Assembly: GCF_004010195.1 (NCBI RefSeq)
Contig: NC_057719.1
Span: 2,883,735 to 2,947,734, forward strand
From: Chiloscyllium plagiosum
Taxonomy: Eukaryota
DNA length: 64,000 bases
Reading direction: 5' to 3'
The notes under the pieces were generated by a model that made no database searches, was not told where the DNA came from, and worked only from the letters and a program-made list of their open reading frames with translations. Positions 51,358 through 63,722 of the stretch are shown in pieces. Made by a program: the position numbers and the translations under genes. The first letter of the stretch is position 1. Each line of letters opens with the position of its first letter.

Positions 51358-51688
51358 TAGATTAGATTAGATTAGATTAGATTAGATTACTTACAGTGTG
51401 GAAACAGGCCCTTCGGCCCAACAAGTCCACACCGCCCCGCCGAAGCGAAACCCACCCATACTCCTACATTTACCCCTTACCTAACACTACGGGCAATTTA
51501 GCACGGCCAATTCACCTGACCTGCACATCTTTGGACTGTGGGAGGAAACCGGAGCACCCGGAGGAAACCCACGCAGACACGGGGAGAACGTGCAAACTCC
51601 ACACAGTCAGTCGCCTGAGGTGGGAATTGAACCCGGGTCTCTGACGCTGCGAGGCAGCAGTGCTAACCACTGTGCCACTGTGCCCCCC
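51358..51688 (-). mobile_element. HE1 (V-SINE), young, with (ttaga)6 tail
   Basis: Full length, CpGs intact. Confidence 0.93.
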
Positions 51689-51689
51689 A

Positions 51690-52510
51690 CAGTTACAGTG
51701 CAATTAGGAAAAGAGTTCCAGGATTTTAAACAGCGACAATGAAGATACTGTGATATTGCTCCAGGTCAGGGTGGTGAGTGGCTTGGAGGGGAACTTGCAA
51801 GTTGTGATGTTCCGATGCATCTGACTGTTATAGAAGTTATGGATTTGGAAGTATTGTCGAAAGAGTCTGGATGATTTACTGCAGTGCAACTTGATGGGAC
51901 ATACTGCTGCTACTGTTCATACATGGTGAAGGGTATGCATGCTTAAGGTGGTGGATGGGGTGTCACTCAAGCACTCGGCTTTATTCTGGATGATGTTGAG
52001 GATCACTGGAACTGCACTCATCCACTAGGTAGAGAGCATTCCATTCATTCTGATTTGTTACTTGTAGATGGTCGTCAGGACTTGAGGAGAGTGAGTTACT
52101 CACCACAGAATTCCCAACCTCTTAAATGCTGTTGTGATGACAGTCTTTAAATGGCTGTTTTAGTTCAGTTTCTAATTAATGGTAATCCCCAAGATGTTAA
52201 TAGTGTGGGAATTCAAGGGGTGATGGTTAGATTCAAGCCCTGTTCCATCCAGGTGGTTGCTTGGTATTTTGAATGTTATTTGTCACTTACTAACCCAAAC
52301 CTGGATGATGTCCAGGTCTTGCTGCATATGGACACAGACTGCTTGACTATTTGTAGAGTTGTGAATTGTGCTGAACATTGAGCAATCATCAGCAAACATC
52401 CCCACTTCTGACCTTAAGATCAAAGGATGGTCATTGATGAAGCAGCAAAGATGGGTGTGCTGAGGACACTACCCTGTGTAATAACATCTCTGAGCAGGTC
52501 CCTGAGGAGC
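51690..52510 (-). mobile_element. Old LINE 3' region
   Basis: Reverse complement of the family at 25650-25900 and 28330-29400. Confidence 0.75.
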
Positions 52511-52914
52511 TTCCGTAACAATATTGTTAGATTAGTCTGAAGGGTCTTGTTGAAATATGTTAACTTGATTCTTGGTTTGTTGAACTTATGCATAACACAA
52601 AGAAGTGAAGGAGGGGCAATAAATTCATGCAGCATCATTTATTCTATTTGCATTTAATCTGCAACAGCACTCATGACATAAACTGTTGTTAAATTTTATT
52701 ATTGCATTTCAACCCTGAAACTAAAATTGCTTTATGGAATTGCTTTATAGCTTAGCTGAATGCTTTCAGTTGCTGGATTTAGACTCCAGTCTCTATGGAG
52801 GTATGAGCTTGAATCCCACCACTGCCACATATGCTGATAGCATGTTACGTGAGTGAGTTCTGTATAAGTTGAATGCAAGCGATCGATGATGGTAATGAAG
52901 TAGGCTTTTGAGCC

Positions 52915-53640
52915 CAGGCTCATCTGTATTGCTCTTCATTTTTTTCTCTCTTTTCTCGTTTATTTTTCTCTTGTATTTTACATAACTCTTGTTAGAGCAT
53001 AGAACATAGAACAATACAGCAAAAGCTCATAATATGCCAAACATGTTGGAGGTGGGTTTCCGGTGGCCTCTGCATCAATGAGGCAGTCCTAGTGCCGATC
53101 CATGGCTGCTGCGGTGGAGGGGAGCCTGGGTTCCTGGCGACATCTGTGCCTAGTACAGATTCATGGAGGTGGCGGTGGAGGTGAGTTTGGGTCCAATATG
53201 AGACCCCGCCGTGGCATCGGCACTGGCTGTCATGATGAGCTGGGCCCGAACTAGACTCATGGTGGCAGCCGAGTTGAGTTTGGGCCAGTGTGGTACCTGG
53301 TGGCATCTGCAATGATGAGGTCCAGCAAGAACGCATAATGGTATGGGCCGTAATGGTGGAGGCGAGATGGCGCTGAAGATTGGAGACTTTCAATCCAGCA
53401 ACAGCGATGTAGTGAAGGGAACATGTGCCTGGTAACCAGGATTATGGCCCGTGGCAAAGCACTTAACAAGGACTGTAAAGTTGGACACTTTTGCTTTATT
53501 TCTTTATTCTTCTGACTTTATATTCTATGTTTTGGTTTATTTTTCTGTGTTTTAAGCAGGCACTGGAGAGTGGCAACACTATACAACACTTCTCACTGTA
53601 TTTTGTAACAAAATACATGTGACAATAAATAAATTAAAAA
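52915..53640 (+). mobile_element. Non-autonomous retroelement with Rex1-like 3' tail
   Basis: Pyrimidine tract, GC-rich body, end cttctcactgta...tacatgtgacaataaataaa. Confidence 0.6.
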
Positions 53641-55234
53641 TACGAATCAAAGACTCGAGATTAAATTCTGTCATTGACACTGTGAGATTCGCAAGTAGAG
53701 ATGAAGGTAGTATGAAAAGGGAAGACAGTAAGTATAATCAGGAACCTATTCAAGGAATTTGGATGGTTTATATATAGAATAATGAACACGCAGCATGAGC
53801 TACATAAATTGAGATGTTTCTGGAAATTATATTTAGAATAACAGATACTTTGGAATAAATCAGAGTGGAATATAATCAAGAGTTCAGATGTTTATTGTGT
53901 AAAGTAACAGATGCCCAGTGCAGACGTGCATGCCATTAAGTCACCTGGCATCAATGTTACATAAATAACATATGTGGAGTTGAAAATTCACTCCTTTTGC
54001 CTGGAGCATTTCCACGCTTAAAGTGCTGAAATTTTACCCAGTGGTACTTAGAAGGAATTCAGCTGATCAAATAGAAATTGTCACATCTCACTGAGGGACG
54101 GTCCACTGTTATGTGCTGCAGCTGTAGAATGGAGACTGGGATTGCAAATTCTTCCTGTTAACAATGCTATTAATGCTTTTGTGGAGATATCCTATGTTTA
54201 ATAACTCATTGAGATGGCCAGTGTGTCCATGTAGCCTCTTAAAGGCAGTTGATGTACAATTCTTGTAATAAAATCAAAGTATGCTGGAAACCTGAAATGA
54301 GAAAAAATGAAAATGCTGGAGAAATTCAGCAGGTCTGGCAGCATCTGTGGAGAGAGAAACAGAGTTAATATTTCAAATCCAATATGACTCTTCAGAACAG
54401 AAGAAGAGCACCAAAGAAGAGTCTATAGACTTGAAACATTAACTCTTTCCTCAGCTGCTACCAGCCCTGTTGGGTTTCTCCAGCATTTTCTGATTTAAAT
54501 GCAATTTCTAGCACCATGGTAATATCATTTATTGAGAAAACACGGTGCAAGATCGTGGTCTGAAATGGAGTCCATGAGCAAGAATGAAAAGCGTATCAGA
54601 AAAGACAAGGTAAATTAAGAAGGAGTAGCAAGCTGACAGTGATCTTAGTATTAAATTCCTTAACTCTGTAGGAGGAAGAAAAAAACAAAGGGAGTAAATA
54701 ATTTTGAGGTGCTGGGAATGATTGAATTAGAACAGAAATGAGGTGAGTCCTGCTCAAACAAAACTTGCTTGTTTGACAGTTGACAAAGCTCACTTACTTG
54801 CCATCCCAAAAACTGTCCAGCACATTACACCATGGTTGCAATCTCTGCAGTAGTGGAAAATTCTAGACCTATAGGGCATTTGCTAAAAATTAGAATTTAA
54901 TCCATTATACAATGATGGATAATAGATAAGTTGATGCATTGGTTTACAAATTCCAAAATTCCATAGCCTACTTAAATCCAAAAGAACTGCAGATTCTGGA
55001 AGACAGTAACAAAAGCAAAAATTGCTCTAAAAACTCAGCAGGCCTGGTATCATCTGTGGAGAGAGGTTCTGAAGAAGGGTCATTGGACTTGAAGTGTTAA
55101 CTCTGCTTTTGCTCCACAAATGCTGCCAGACCTGTTGATTTTAGTTTTGCAAGCTATCAGGTATCAGGGCTGTAAAGAGGGAGTATTAATTTTTCCAGTA
55201 ATTTCTGTTTTTGTTGTCCATAGCTTACTAAGTG

Positions 55235-56045
55235 GTCGAGAATAAGGCAGATGGAATCTGGTAGGAAGAACGGATATGCATATATTTCCTAAGTAGTGAG
55301 TGGTTGGAAAATGAAGTTGTGCAAAATAAGTCACAAAAGTCCAACATGCAATAAGCTGTTTTAAAATCTAATGGAATGTTATCCTTTATTGCAAGAGGAT
55401 TTGAGTAAACAAGAAATGAATCAATTGCTTCAGTTGTATAGGAGCTTTATTAGAGCACTGTGTGAAGGTTTGGTCTCCTTATCTCGGGAAAGATATTGTT
55501 GCCTTGGAGTGAGTACAACAAAGGTTCGCTAGGCAACTTCCTGGGTTGGTGGGACTGTCCTAGGAAGAGAGAATGAGCAAAATAAGCCTGTATTTTCCAT
55601 AATTTTGAAGAATGAGAGGCTATTTAATTGAAACCTACAAAATATTTATAGGGATAGTTAAGGTAGATGCAATCTTTGGCTGAAGGACCTGTATGCAGTA
55701 TGAATTTATCACTGTATGACTCAATGCAAGTAAGGTGTTTCGCTTGGTTGGAGATCTAGAACCAGGGCCACAGTTTAAAGTAAGGGAGGGATGCCATTTA
55801 GGGCTGAGAGCATGAGAATTTTTTTTGTTCACAGGATTGTGAATCTTTGTAATTCTCTCCCCCAGAGCACAGTAGAAGTTCAGTCTCTGCATATATTTAA
55901 AGTAGAGGTTGATAAACATTTTGCTTACCCATGGTGTAAAGGGTTATGAGGAGAGTGTGTCTAAAAGATATTGCAGTATTTGGTTCGCCATGATCGTATT
56001 AGGTGGCAGAGTAGGATGGGCTGAATAGCCTACTCCAAGTACACT
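55235..56045 (+). mobile_element. Degenerate CR1-clade LINE 3' part
   Basis: tggtctccttatct..., agaatgagaggc...ttgaaacctacaaaat, gggctgaatagcctactcc. Confidence 0.8.
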
Positions 56046-56169
56046 CCTATAATCCTGTTCGAAAAATATTTAGGAAACAGTTACAAACAAACTCCTACAT
56101 TCCTCAAACTCTGTCTTAACTGATGTAACCCAATTATCCTGAATTATCCTACACACTCCATCACTTCAA

Positions 56170-57365
56170 AGTTTGTGAGATGATTTATAGCTCAGGCGCT
56201 CGTTGTTGTGGTTCTGTTCGCCGAGCTGGGAATTTGTGTTACAGACGTTTTGTCCCCTGTCTAGGTGACATCCTCAGTGCTTGGGAGCCTCCTGTGAAGC
56301 GCTTCTGTGTTGTTTCCTCCGGCATTTATAGTGGTTTAGATTAGATTAGATTAGATTACAGTGTGGAAACAGGCCCTTCGGCCCAACAAGTCCACACCGA
56401 CCCGCCGAAGCGAAACNNNNNNNNNNNNNNNNNNNNNNNNNNNNNNNNNNNNNNNNNNNNNNNNNNNNNNNNNNNNNNNNNNNNNNNNNNNNNNNNNNNN
56501 NNNNNNNNNNNNNNNNNNNNNNNNNNNNNNNNNNNNNNNNNNNNNNNNNNNNNNNNNNNNNNNNNNNNNNNNNNNNNNNNNNNNNNNNNNNNNNNNNNNN
56601 NNNNNNNNNNNNNNNNNNNNNNNNNNNNNNNNNNNNNNNNNNNNNNNNNNNNNNNNNNNNNNNNNNNNNNNNNNNNNNNNNNNNNNNNNNNNNNNNNNNN
56701 NNNNNNNNNNNNNNNNNNNNNNNNNNNNNNNNNNNNNNNNNNNNNNNNNNNNNNNNNNNNNNNNNNNNNNNNNNNNNNNNNNNNNNNNNNNNNNNNNNNN
56801 NNNNNNNNNNNNNNNNNNNNNNNNNNNNNNNNNNNNNNNNNNNNNNNNNNNNNNNNNNNNNNNNNNNNNNNNNNNNNNNNNNNNNNNNNNNNNNNNNNNN
56901 NNNNNNNNNNNNNNNNNNNNNNNNNNNNNNNNNNNNNNNNNNNNNNNNNNNNNNNNNNNNNNNNNNNNNNNNNNNNNNNNNNNNTTTTTGGCGAATACAT
57001 TGTAGAGGTGTTCTTCTTCCTCTTTTTGCAGTTCTGGTGTACTGCAGTGTGTTGTGGCCCTTTTGAACAGTGTCTTGATGCAACTTCTTTTGTGTGTGTT
57101 GGATGGTGCTTTCGTAGTTTAGGACTTGGTCTGTGTGTGGCTTTCCTGTATACCTTTGTGGTGAATTCTCCATTCGGTGTTCTCTGTACCATCACGTCTA
57201 GGAATGGGAGTTGGTTGTCCTTTTCTTCCTCTCGAGTGAATCTGATTCCTGTGAGTGTGGCGTTGATAATCCGGTGTGTGTTTTCTATTTCTGTGTTTTT
57301 AATGATTACAAAGGTATCATCCACATATCTGACCCAGAGTTTGGGTTGAATTCGCGGTAAGACTC
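56170..57365 (-). mobile_element. Young Penelope-like element spanning an assembly gap, with an HE1 tail at 56337-56416
   Basis: RYVDDTFVII...RFTREEEKDNQLPFLDV...VYRKATH (Penelope RT motifs); terminal repeat with hammerhead motif at 56241-56280. Confidence 0.9.
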
Positions 57366-57829
57366 CATCACTTACCTGGCCATTTTTTGCCCTGGGACCC
57401 CATCTCCTGTCATCTTACTGCCTACCCATTTGGCACCAACACCCCTGGCACCATACCCTTACCCACTTGGCACCATAGCCACCTGACACCCTTACTTTAC
57501 ACATACCTTATGTACTCCAATTTTTTGTTTTTTGTTGTGGCATAGAAATATATTGTGATTGCTTCACTAACGCTGGTTCAAAAATCTGCAACTCCCTCCC
57601 TAACAGCACTGTGGGTATGTCGGTATACCTTTCAGGAACAACCATTTCACATCAACAATTAGAAAACAAAGGATATTCTGTACAATCATCTTGATTTTAA
57701 CACAGTCCAATCAATGGGATGAGAATCACATACACTATCCATTCTCCCAAATGATTCTCCTTTGTGCTGAAACTGGAAATCTAATGAGAGAATGGGTAGA
57801 ATATCCTTTATCATCATGTGTACTCCAGT

Positions 57830-58305
57830 ACAGAAGTATAGGAATACAGTGAAAAGTTTTTACAATGGCCGCCTTCTAATGGTGTCATCTTAGGTGCAAG
57901 TACCGAGGTACAAATCTTGAATACAGAAGAGGAATAAAAGAAAAAGAAATAGCATTACTTAGTGTTTTAAAAAAGTTAGAAATAAGATAGTATAACAAAG
58001 ATAAAGGATTGACATTATAGTCCGGTAAAGAATTTTTAAAAGTAGCAGCTCAGCATGTGGTCTGACCACTCACGCCAGAACTCAGTCCAATAACTGTCCC
58101 GCTCCGCTCCAAGCCTCCAGTCTGCTCTGCATTGACAGTCAGCTGCACCAAGGTAAGTTGAGTTGCTCCAGGACTTGTTCCCTTTGAGCTGCTCTGGGAT
58201 TCACTTAGCCTTGCGCTGCTCCAGGTCTGCAAAACAGAGAGAAAAATAAAGAACAGGTGGAGCAGAGGAGCTCCAAGTGGAGTGTCCTACTAAGTCATCA
58301 TCTTC
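57830..58305 (-). mobile_element. Non-autonomous retroelement with Rex1-like 3' tail
   Basis: Minus strand starts ggaagatgatgacttagtaggacactcc, contains acctaagatgacacc, ends cttttcactgta. Confidence 0.55.
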
Positions 58306-59529
58306 CCTGAGAGGAAAAAAATAATCGATAAGTGAATGATATAAAAGATGATTCTAACTTTTTTGGAAACACTTTAACAATTAAGGAAATGCAAGGATTC
58401 TATTTGTGATCAGAAGAGATAAAGTGGCTGTGAGGATCCAGTGAAAAGGATCCTGCATTGCAAAACCCATTGACAATGATGGAGGCCCAGATGTAACTTC
58501 TGAAGAAAGGCACTTTGTCTAAAAAATACAAGCAATTTACTGTGGAGTAAAACTAGAAATGATAAGGCACTTTGATGACAGTATAAAGAACATATCATTC
58601 TAATCCAGAATCTCATGGTGACAGAAAGCAACATTACTGTGTTTCTGTAATTACATGCCATGGGTTTATCACCAAACACTGGATGAATTACTCAAGCTGA
58701 TGAATTAACAAGATTCTGAGACTTCATAGCTTCCCATTTTATGTAGTAAAATAAACAGCTTTGTATTAATAAACATAGGATGTAAAGGCATACATATATA
58801 AAATAAATTGGTAAATTAAACACTAGTGTGCCTTCACTTTGACAATAAATGCTTAGTAAATGGCCACATTCTTCCCTCCAATTTAGGCTGAGATCAAATT
58901 TTTCAAACCATTTTCATTCATTATCCATCCTCATTTCTTTACCAGAATGTACTCATGAAGTTATAGTACCAATCCTCCTCCCCCACAACCCCACCACTCT
59001 CACCCATCACTGTTCTGACACTGGTTCCTTTCATAAAAGCTCTGTTGGCATTGTGGCTAATGCTAACAAAGGCCACATTACCTGTAAACAGTGACACTGG
59101 ACTTTTTCTCCAAACACCAAAAGTTCCTTTGTGCCAGATATGGCTCCAACCAGCAAACGGTTTCCCCCTGATTCCCACTGACACTAGTTTTACTACAGCT
59201 GCTTGATTCCACACTTGGTCAAATGCAGACTTTGATGTCAGAGACAGTCACTGTCATCTCACCTGTGGAGTTCAGCTCTTTTGTCCATGTCTGAACCATG
59301 GCTAAAATTAGGTTGGAGATGAGTGGTCTTAGCAGAACCCAAGCTGAGCAACTGCTGCTTGATAGTAGTATTGATAAACTCTTCCATTATTTTACGGTTG
59401 ATCGAAAATAGACTGATGTGGTGGTAATTGACAATGTTGGATTTATTCTGCTTTCTTGTATATAGAACGTATCTGGTTGAAAGTTGTTGTAGGCACCTCT
59501 GGCTGAAGGTTGTTCTAACTGTTTTAGCT

Positions 59530-59990
59530 GTGATGATGCTGTAGCTTTAAGAAGTCATTTTGTCCTGGTTTCTTTTAAGAGAGAGATTAAAGGAGAGGTA
59601 CAGAGCTGGCTACTGAAGATCACTTGAGTAAACAGTTTGGAAGGCCTTGGGTTATTCTTAATGCAGGTTGAATGGGTGTGACCAGCTCTCAAAGGTTAGC
59701 ATTTCTGGATTTTGGATTTTCAGTAGCAAAACACAATTTATTGGGGTATCTACAGAATTGGAAGCGTCAGTGAATATTTCCTGGCTGCTACTGTCTGAAT
59801 TTTCTTAATTCCTCTTTGGTTGTATTTTAACTACAGTGTTTAAATAAATTGTGTTTTGCTTAACGTGAAGTCGTTTGACCAGTTGCATTGCATCGTGAAT
59901 AGACACTTCACATTTAATTTTAAAATAAGAAAAAGTTAGGATCTAGGTTACATTCTTAAAATATTTTGAGGGGGTCTGGTTTGTTGCCTT
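59530..59990 (+). mobile_element. Probable solo LTR inserted in a minus-strand LINE (~59110-60960)
   Basis: Starts tgtgatgatgc, AATAAA at ~59843; LINE-like sequence on both sides. Confidence 0.5.
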
Positions 59991-61154
59991 ACCTTTTGTG
60001 CTGTTATGTTAGCAACCTGCCCCATTGAAAATGAGGATGTTTGTGGAGCCTCCTCTACAATGAGTTATTCAATTGTGCACCATCATTCATGACTGAATTT
60101 TGTCGAACTGCAGAACTTAGATCTGTTGCTTGTAGAATTGCTTAGCTTTAGGAGATAGTGATGGCTGCAGATGCTGGAGAAGTCAGAGTCGATAAAGTGT
60201 GGCGCTGGAAAAAGCACATCAGGTCAGGCACCATCTGAGGAGCAGAAGAGTTGATGTTTCAGGCTTAATGAAGGGTCCTGTTGAAAGATTAAGCCCAAAA
60301 TGCCGATTCTCTTGCTCCTCAGATGCTGCCTGGCCTGCCATGATTTTTCCAGCGCGACACTTTATCGACTCCAAATTGCTTAGCTTTGTCTGTCATTTGT
60401 TGCTTATGCTGTTTGGCACATAAGTAATCCTATGTGATAGTTTCATTAAACTGATACCACATTTTTAGTGCTACTCCTGACATGTTCTCCAGCACTCTGC
60501 ATTGAACCAAGGTTGATCCTCTGGTTTGATGGTAATGGTACAGTGAGGAATTATGGAGGATTATGTTTGATTATAGCCCTCAACACCTTATTGATTCCAA
60601 GTCTTGAGCTGCTAGATCTATTCAAAGTTTATCCTAGTGAGCATGGTGATAGTGACACACCGTGTATTGGAGGGTATGGACATTGAAGCCCTGCACCTGA
60701 TGTACATTCTGTACTCTTGCCTCCCTCAGTGCTTTTTCCAAGTGGTAGTCAACATGAAGGAATAGCGATTCATCAGTTGGGGTTGACAGGGCTGCCATGG
60801 TACGTGATAATTGGCAGGAGGCTTTCTTATTCATATTTGACCTGATGCCATGAGACTTGGTGAGGTAGAGAGTCAAAGTTGAGGGCCCCGAAGGCAACTC
60901 CCTCTGACTATACATCACTGTTCTGCAAACTGTTTTACAGGGAAGGATATTGACCAGCTGTAACTTTTCAGAGCTCTCTGTAAGTTCTGTGCTACCACGT
61001 TTGCAGTTCACAGCATTGTTCCTGTGCTCCGAATGCTATTGCGGTGGCTCAGTCTGATACTCCAGTGTGAGATATAGGTAAAGTAGTGTTACTTCTGCAG
61101 TCATAATTACTTATGCAAGGTAAATGAACTCACACCAGTGTATAATTGTTTCAG

Positions 61155-61734
61155 GGAGAAAGTGAGGTCTGCAGATGCTGGAGATCAAAGTTGAAACTTT
61201 ATTGCTGGAACAGCACAGCAGGTCAGGCAGCATCCAGGGAACAGGAGATTCGACGTTTCAGGCACAGGCCCTTCTTCAGGAATGAGCAGAGAGTGTTCAG
61301 CAGGAGAAGATAAAAGGTAGGGAAGAGGGACTTGGAGGAGGGGCGTTGGAAATGTGATAGGTGGAAAGAGGTCAAGGTGAGGGTGATAGGTCGGAGTAGG
61401 ATGGAGGCGGAGAGGTCAAGAAGAAGACTGCAGGTCAGGAAGGCGACGTGGTCGACGGTGCCCTCCACCGCATCTCCTCCACTTCCCGCTCCTCCGCCCT
61501 TGAGCCCCGCCCCTCCAAACCCCACCAGGACAGAACCCCACTGGCCCTCACCTACCACCCCACCAATCTCCATGTACAGCGCATCATCCACCGTCACTTC
61601 CGCCACCTCCAAACAGACCCCAGCACCAAGGATATATTTCCCTCCCCTCCCCTACCAGCCTTCCGTACAGACCACTCCCTCCGCCACTCCCTTGTCAGAT
61701 CTACACCCCCCACCGACCCAACCTCCACCCCCGG
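61155..61734 (+). mobile_element. Penelope-like element with inverted 5' terminal repeat, running into a gap
   Basis: Plus ORF RTPLALTYHPTNLHVQRIIHRHFRHLQTDP..IFPSPPLPAFRTDHSLRHSLVRS preceded by a minus-oriented terminal repeat with an intact hammerhead motif (61248-61283). Confidence 0.88.
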
Positions 61735-62501
61735 NNNNNNNNNNNNNNNNNNNNNNNNNNNNNNNNNNNNNNNNNNNNNNNNNNNNNNNNNNNNNNNNNN
61801 NNNNNNNNNNNNNNNNNNNNNNNNNNNNNNNNNNNNNNNNNNNNNNNNNNNNNNNNNNNNNNNNNNNNNNNNNNNNNNNNNNNNNNNNNNNNNNNNNNNN
61901 NNNNNNNNNNNNNNNNNNNNNNNNNNNNNNNNNNNNNNNNNNNNNNNNNNNNNNNNNNNNNNNNNNNNNNNNNNNNNNNNNNNNNNNNNNNNNNNNNNNN
62001 NNNNNNNNNNNNNNNNNNNNNNNNNNNNNNNNNNNNNNNNNNNNNNNNNNNNNNNNNNNNNNNNNNNNNNNNNNNNNNNNNNNNNNNNNNNNNNNNNNNN
62101 NNNNNNNNNNNNNNNNNNNNNNNNNNNNNNNNNNNNNNNNNNNNNNNNNNNNNNNNNNNNNNNNNNNNNNNNNNNNNNNNNNNNNNNNNNNNNNNNNNNN
62201 NNNNNNNNNNNNNNNNNNNNNNNNNNNNNNNNNNNNNNNNNNNNNNNNNNNNNNNNNNNNNNNNNNNNNNNNNNNNNNNNNNNNNNNNNNNNNNNNNNNN
62301 NNNNNNNNNNNNNNNNNNNNNNNNNNNNNNNNNNNNNNNNNNNNNNNNNNNNNNNNNNNNNNNNNNNNNNNNNNNNNNNNNNNNNNNNNNNNNNNNNNNN
62401 NNNNNNNNNNNNNNNNNNNNNNNNNNNNNNNNNNNNNNNNNNNNNNNNNNNNNNNNNNNNNNNNNNNNNNNNNNNNNNNNNNNNNNNNNNNNNNNNNNNN
62501 N

Positions 62502-62741
62502 GATGTGGTGAAATGGCCAAGTAAAACTTGTACTTTGTTATGCACAAGGCCGGATAAGGCAAGAGATAAACAATAGTAATGGGCACCGGGTTTGGAGTAG
62601 TGAATCCTATATAAGATATGTACTTGCTAAACTCTGCCTTATTTCAGGCACCACGCTTGCAAAAGTATAATAAACATACTGATTGCTTCAGATCTTGTCT
62701 CGGACTGAAATTATTGAAGTGAGTGAGCTTTGTTTCTCACA
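62502..62741 (+). mobile_element. 3' half of an ERV-like LTR
   Basis: TATATAA at ~62608, AATAAA at ~62669, ends ...tttctcaca. Confidence 0.55.
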
Positions 62742-63202
62742 TCCAGGTATGAAATTCAATGCTCTTGCATGATCCATTCTTCTGTTCCCTGACCCCAAAA
62801 CAATCACAAATAAATTTGTTTAAAATGCATAATGAGTCTGTGAGGATTTCAGAGCCAAATGACAGGCCAATATTTGTCTAAAGATCCTACTTCAAACTAA
62901 ATTTTCTCATATTGTTTCAGTTACACAAACACTGTTGCCTCTCGTTTTTAGATATTAGTGCAGGATGCTGCTGGAAAGTGAATGGATAGAAGTTGGGAGT
63001 AGGCCATAGAGACCTCAAACCCGATCTAGCTTTCAAAGGGTTGGCGCTTAATTTCTTTTCTATCCCTTCCCTATCCTCATAGTTCATTTTCCCTTTTGTG
63101 CTCAAAATTCTATCCCTGTTACTCAGTCTGTCCTCAATGCCTGAGCATATGCAGCTCTTTGGGGTAGAGAATTTTGAATTGTTTGAACTCTGTGAAGAAA
63201 TT

Positions 63203-63375
63203 GAGGCTGGTACAATTACAACACGTAAAAGTCATCTGGATGCTTATATGAATAGGAAACATTTAGAGGGATTTGGGCCAAATGCTGGCAAATGGGACTA
63301 GATTTATTTAGGATATCTGGTCGACATTGACAAGGGTCTGTTTCCGTGCAGTACATCTGTATGACTCTATGACTA
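63203..63375 (+). mobile_element. CR1 3' tail
   Basis: gaggctggtacaattacaac...gggtctgtttccgtg...atgactctatgact. Confidence 0.88.
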
Positions 63376-63722
63376 TACTGAATCTGTCCTACTAGTGGAA
63401 CAAGGCACACCCAGAGATGGTGATGATTTTGGTGTGGAACATAATGTGTAAGGTTTGATTCCGTGCATATGATTGTGTAAGGCTGTTACTTGACTAGTCT
63501 GTAAGACAGCTCTCCCAACTTTGGCACTAGGTTCCAGAACTCAGTAGTGAAGTATATGCAGGGGCTGATGTTTTCATTGTTATTTCTGGTGCCTAGGTCA
63601 ATGCCAGGTGGTCCATCTCACTTCATGACTTCTTGAGGTTTCTGGTGACTGATACAACTGAGTTGCTTACTAGGCCATTTAGAGGGCAGTTAAGAGTCAG
63701 AAACATTGCTATGGGTCACATA

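Larger units (their letters stand above)
32054..54230 (+). pseudogene. Possible decayed multi-exon gene or spliced lncRNA
   Basis: Donor gag|gtaaag at 32100; exon-like unique segments 35254-35436, 37670-37933, 41235-42485, 48632-48823, 52751-52849 and ~53911 onward; most have in-frame stops in all frames. Confidence 0.25.

Noticed and set aside
56346..57349. Long ORFs of 214-328 aa
   Set aside because: Artefacts of translating through an N gap; the flanks are SINE and Penelope sequence
61332..62586. Long ORFs of 297-414 aa
   Set aside because: They span an N gap; only the Penelope fragment is real
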